A stretch of 64,000 nt of DNA from an uncultured Pseudomonadota bacterium. GTDB lineage: Bacteria; Pseudomonadota; Alphaproteobacteria; JACZXZ01. Positions 61,569-64,000 of the stretch are shown piece after piece. Position 1 is the first letter of the stretch, and the number at the start of each line of letters is the position of its first letter. The position numbers and the translations under genes are program-made. The notes under the pieces were generated by a model that was given only the letters and a program-made list of their open reading frames with translations, was not told the origin of the DNA and did no database searches. The stretch is taken from positions 160,001-224,000 of the forward strand of contig CAVVLJ010000021.1 of assembly GCA_963749075.1 (NCBI GenBank), read 5' to 3'.

Positions 61569-62790
61569 ATGGCGAGCCGCAAGGGCACGCGCGTTCTCAT
61601 CTACAGTCACGATACTTTCGGCCTCGGCCATTTGCGGCGCTGCCGCACGCTTGCGCATTCCCTCGTCGAGCACCACAAGGACATGTCGGTGCTCATCCTC
61701 TCGGGCTCGCCCATCATCGGCAGCTTCGACTTCCGCGCGCGCGTCGATTTCGTGCGCGTGCCCGGCGTGATCAAGCTGCACAACGGCGAGTACACCTCGC
61801 TCAACCTCCACATCGACATCGCCGAGATGCTGGCCATGCGCTCGTCGATCATCCGCCACACGGCGGACAGCTTCGATCCCGACCTCTTCCTCGTCGACAA
61901 GGAGCCCTTGGGGCTGCGCGGCGAGATCGAGGACACGCTCGCCATGCTGAAGGCGCGCGGCGTGCCCCTCGTGCTGGGCCTGCGCGACGTGATGGACGAG
62001 CCCGCACTCCTGGCGCCCGAGTGGGAGCGCAAGAACGTGGTGCCGGCGCTCGCCGAGTTCTACGACGCCATCTGGATCTACGGCCTGCCGCAGATCTGCG
62101 ATCCGCTCGAAGGGATCGAGATACCCGAACTCGGTGCGTCACCGCACGGTCTATACCGGCTATCTCGAGCGCAGCGTGCCGAGCCATGGCACCCACATGG
62201 CGACGCGGCCGCGCCTCGAGGTGCCCTATCTCCTGGTGACGCCTGGCGGCGGCGGCGACGGCGAGGCGCTCGTGGATTGGGTGTTGCGCGCCTACGAGCA
62301 GCAGGAGGCCATGCCCCATCCGGCGCTCATCGTGCTCGGCCCCTTCATGCAGCCCGAGTGCCAGGCGGAGTTCGTCACCCGCGCGGGCCGCCTTGCCAAC
62401 ATCGAGATGATGACCTTCGATGCGCGCATGGAGACCCTCATCGAGGGGGCGGTGGGCGTCGTCGCCATGGGGGGCTACAACACCTTCTGCGAGATACTCT
62501 CCTTCGACAAGCCGGCGCTTATCGTGCCGCGCACCAAGCCGCGCCTCGAGCAGTACATCCGCGCCTCGCGCGCCCAGGAGCTCGGGCTGGTCTCGCTCCT
62601 CGTGGACGAGTACGACCGCGACCCCCAGGTGATGGCGACGGCGCTACGCCAGCTGCCGCAGCAGAACCGCCCCTCGGACGTGGTGGTGCCGGGCCTCCTC
62701 GACGGCCTCAGCAACGTCAACCGGCTGGTCGAGCGGCACCTGCGGGGACGCCACCCGCAGCGCGTCCCGATGGTCGCCGGTCCGGGCTAG
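61569..62790 (+). CDS. Glycosyltransferase (GT28-C-like), split by a +1 frameshift at ~62125
   Basis: YSHDTFGLGHLRR N-terminus; C-terminal TPGGGGDG, MGGYNT.CEI, VPRTKPRLEQ lie in another frame; removing one C of ATACCCGAAC joins them. Confidence 0.82.
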
Positions 62791-62799
62791 AGCAGAGCC

Positions 62800-64000
62800 G
62801 TGCCGCCCACCGTCGCGGTCGTCGTCAAAGGCTATCCGCGCCTCTCCGAGACCTTCATCGCCCACGAGCTCGCCGCCCTCGAGCGCCGCGGCCTTGCCTT
62901 CGTCATCGCCTCGCTGCGCCGCCCGAGCGATCCCGCGGTGCATCCCGTGCATCGCGAGATCGCGGCACCCCTTCTCTATCTTCCCGAATATCTCCGCGAG
63001 GCGCCGCACCGCGTGCTCGCCGCCTGGCGCCGCGTGCGGCTGCTGCCCGGCTACGCCCGCGCCCGCGCCGCCTGGCTCGCCGATCTGGCCCGCGATCCCA
63101 CGCCCAACCGCGTGCGCCGCTTCGGCCAGGCGCTCGTCCTCGCCCACGAGCTGCCGCCGGGCATCGCCCGGCTCCACGCCCACTTCCTTCACACGCCCGC
63201 CTCGGTCGCGCGCTACGCGAGCCTCCTCATGGGCCTGCCGTGGAGCTGCTCGGCGCACGCCAAGGACATCTGGACGACGCCCGCCTGGGAGAAGCGCCGC
63301 AAGCTCGCGAGCCTCGACTGGCTCGTCACCTGCACCAGCACCGGCGCCGAGCATCTTGCCCATCTCGCCGCCGAGCCGCGCAAGGTCGAGCTCGTCTATC
63401 ACGGCCTCGATCTCGCGCGCTTCCCGCCGCCCTCCTCGCTCCGCCCGCCGCGCGACGGCGGCGATGCCGGCGACCCGGTCGTCATCCTCTCGGTCGGCCG
63501 CCTGGTCGCCAAGAAGGGCTATGGCGATCTCCTGGCAGCACTCGCCCGGCTGCCGGGCAGCCTCAACTGGCGCTTCGTCCATGTGGGCGGCGGGCCGCTT
63601 GCGGCGGCCCTCGAGGCCGAGGCGAGGCAGCGCGGCCTGGCGTCGCGCATCGCCTGGCGCGGGCCGCTCGCGCAGGACGCGGTGCTGGGGGAATACCGCC
63701 GCGCCGACCTCTTCGTGCTGGCGAGCCGCGTCGCGGCAAAGGGCGACAGGGACGGCCTGCCCAACGTGCTCCTCGAGGCGCAAAGCCAGGGCCTCGCCTG
63801 CCTCTCGACCACGGCGGGTGCTGCGGCCGAGCTCATCGAGCCGGAGGCGAGCGGCCTCCTGGCACCCGCGGGCGACGTGGAGGCGCTTGCGGCGCTCCTC
63901 GCCCGGCTCATCGCGCAACCGGCGCTGCGCCGACGCCTCGGCAGCGCCGGCAGCGCGCGGGTCGGACGGGACTTCACTAGCGAGCCGGGGATCGCCCGCA
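62800..64000 (+). CDS. GT4 glycosyltransferase, 3' end beyond window
   Basis: GTG start; VKGYPRLSETFIAHE, HAHFLHTP, SAHAKDIW, SVGRLVAKKG, DGLPNVLLEA. Confidence 0.9.
   Translation, partial: MPPTVAVVVKGYPRLSETFIAHELAALERRGLAFVIASLRRPSDPAVHPVHREIAAPLLYLPEYLREAPHRVLAAWRRVRLLPGYARARAAWLADLARDPTPNRVRRFGQALVLAHELPPGIARLHAHFLHTPASVARYASLLMGLPWSCSAHAKDIWTTPAWEKRRKLASLDWLVTCTSTGAEHLAHLAAEPRKVELVYHGLDLARFPPPSSLRPPRDGGDAGDPVVILSVGRLVAKKGYGDLLAALARLPGSLNWRFVHVGGGPLAAALEAEARQRGLASRIAWRGPLAQDAVLGEYRRADLFVLASRVAAKGDRDGLPNVLLEAQSQGLACLSTTAGAAAELIEPEASGLLAPAGDVEALAALLARLIAQPALRRRLGSAGSARVGRDFTSEPGIAR

Overview
High-GC (~70%) alphaproteobacterial chromosome segment, probably Rhodospirillales-like and origin-proximal. 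The backbone is yyaL-like/DUF6489/mnmE ... mnmG-rsmG-parA-parB with two parS sites, holA-leuS-DUF3576, purH, a large NAD-glutamate dehydrogenase, tRNA-Gly(GCC), a proX-cnoX-LON-trm112-DUF971 cluster, ubiH/L, glnK-amtB, ftsK, two lolA copies and xth. The normally adjacent mnmE and mnmG are split by ~10.7 kb. That insert holds a low-GC islet (dCTP deaminase plus a coupled small gene, an RHH regulator and a broken wHTH gene), then an FNR-box-led nfnAB/2-oxoacid:ferredoxin oxidoreductase operon ending in an unusual PFOR-like/ferredoxin protein. Most notable observations: (1) three dispersed, gap-free-alignable paralogs of a ~70-aa two-helix membrane microprotein (LYFYxLxLS motif) in separate intergenic gaps; (2) a motif-linked, strand-symmetric CGAC->CAAC substitution pattern that turns normally invariant Asp codons into Asn in MnmE, MnmG and FtsK, possibly a methylation-linked sequencing artefact; (3) a candidate three-hairpin sRNA with C-rich loops; (4) an AT-rich recoded patch inside parA; (5) no lptE between leuS and holA. 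All assignments come from motif recognition by eye; no searches were run.
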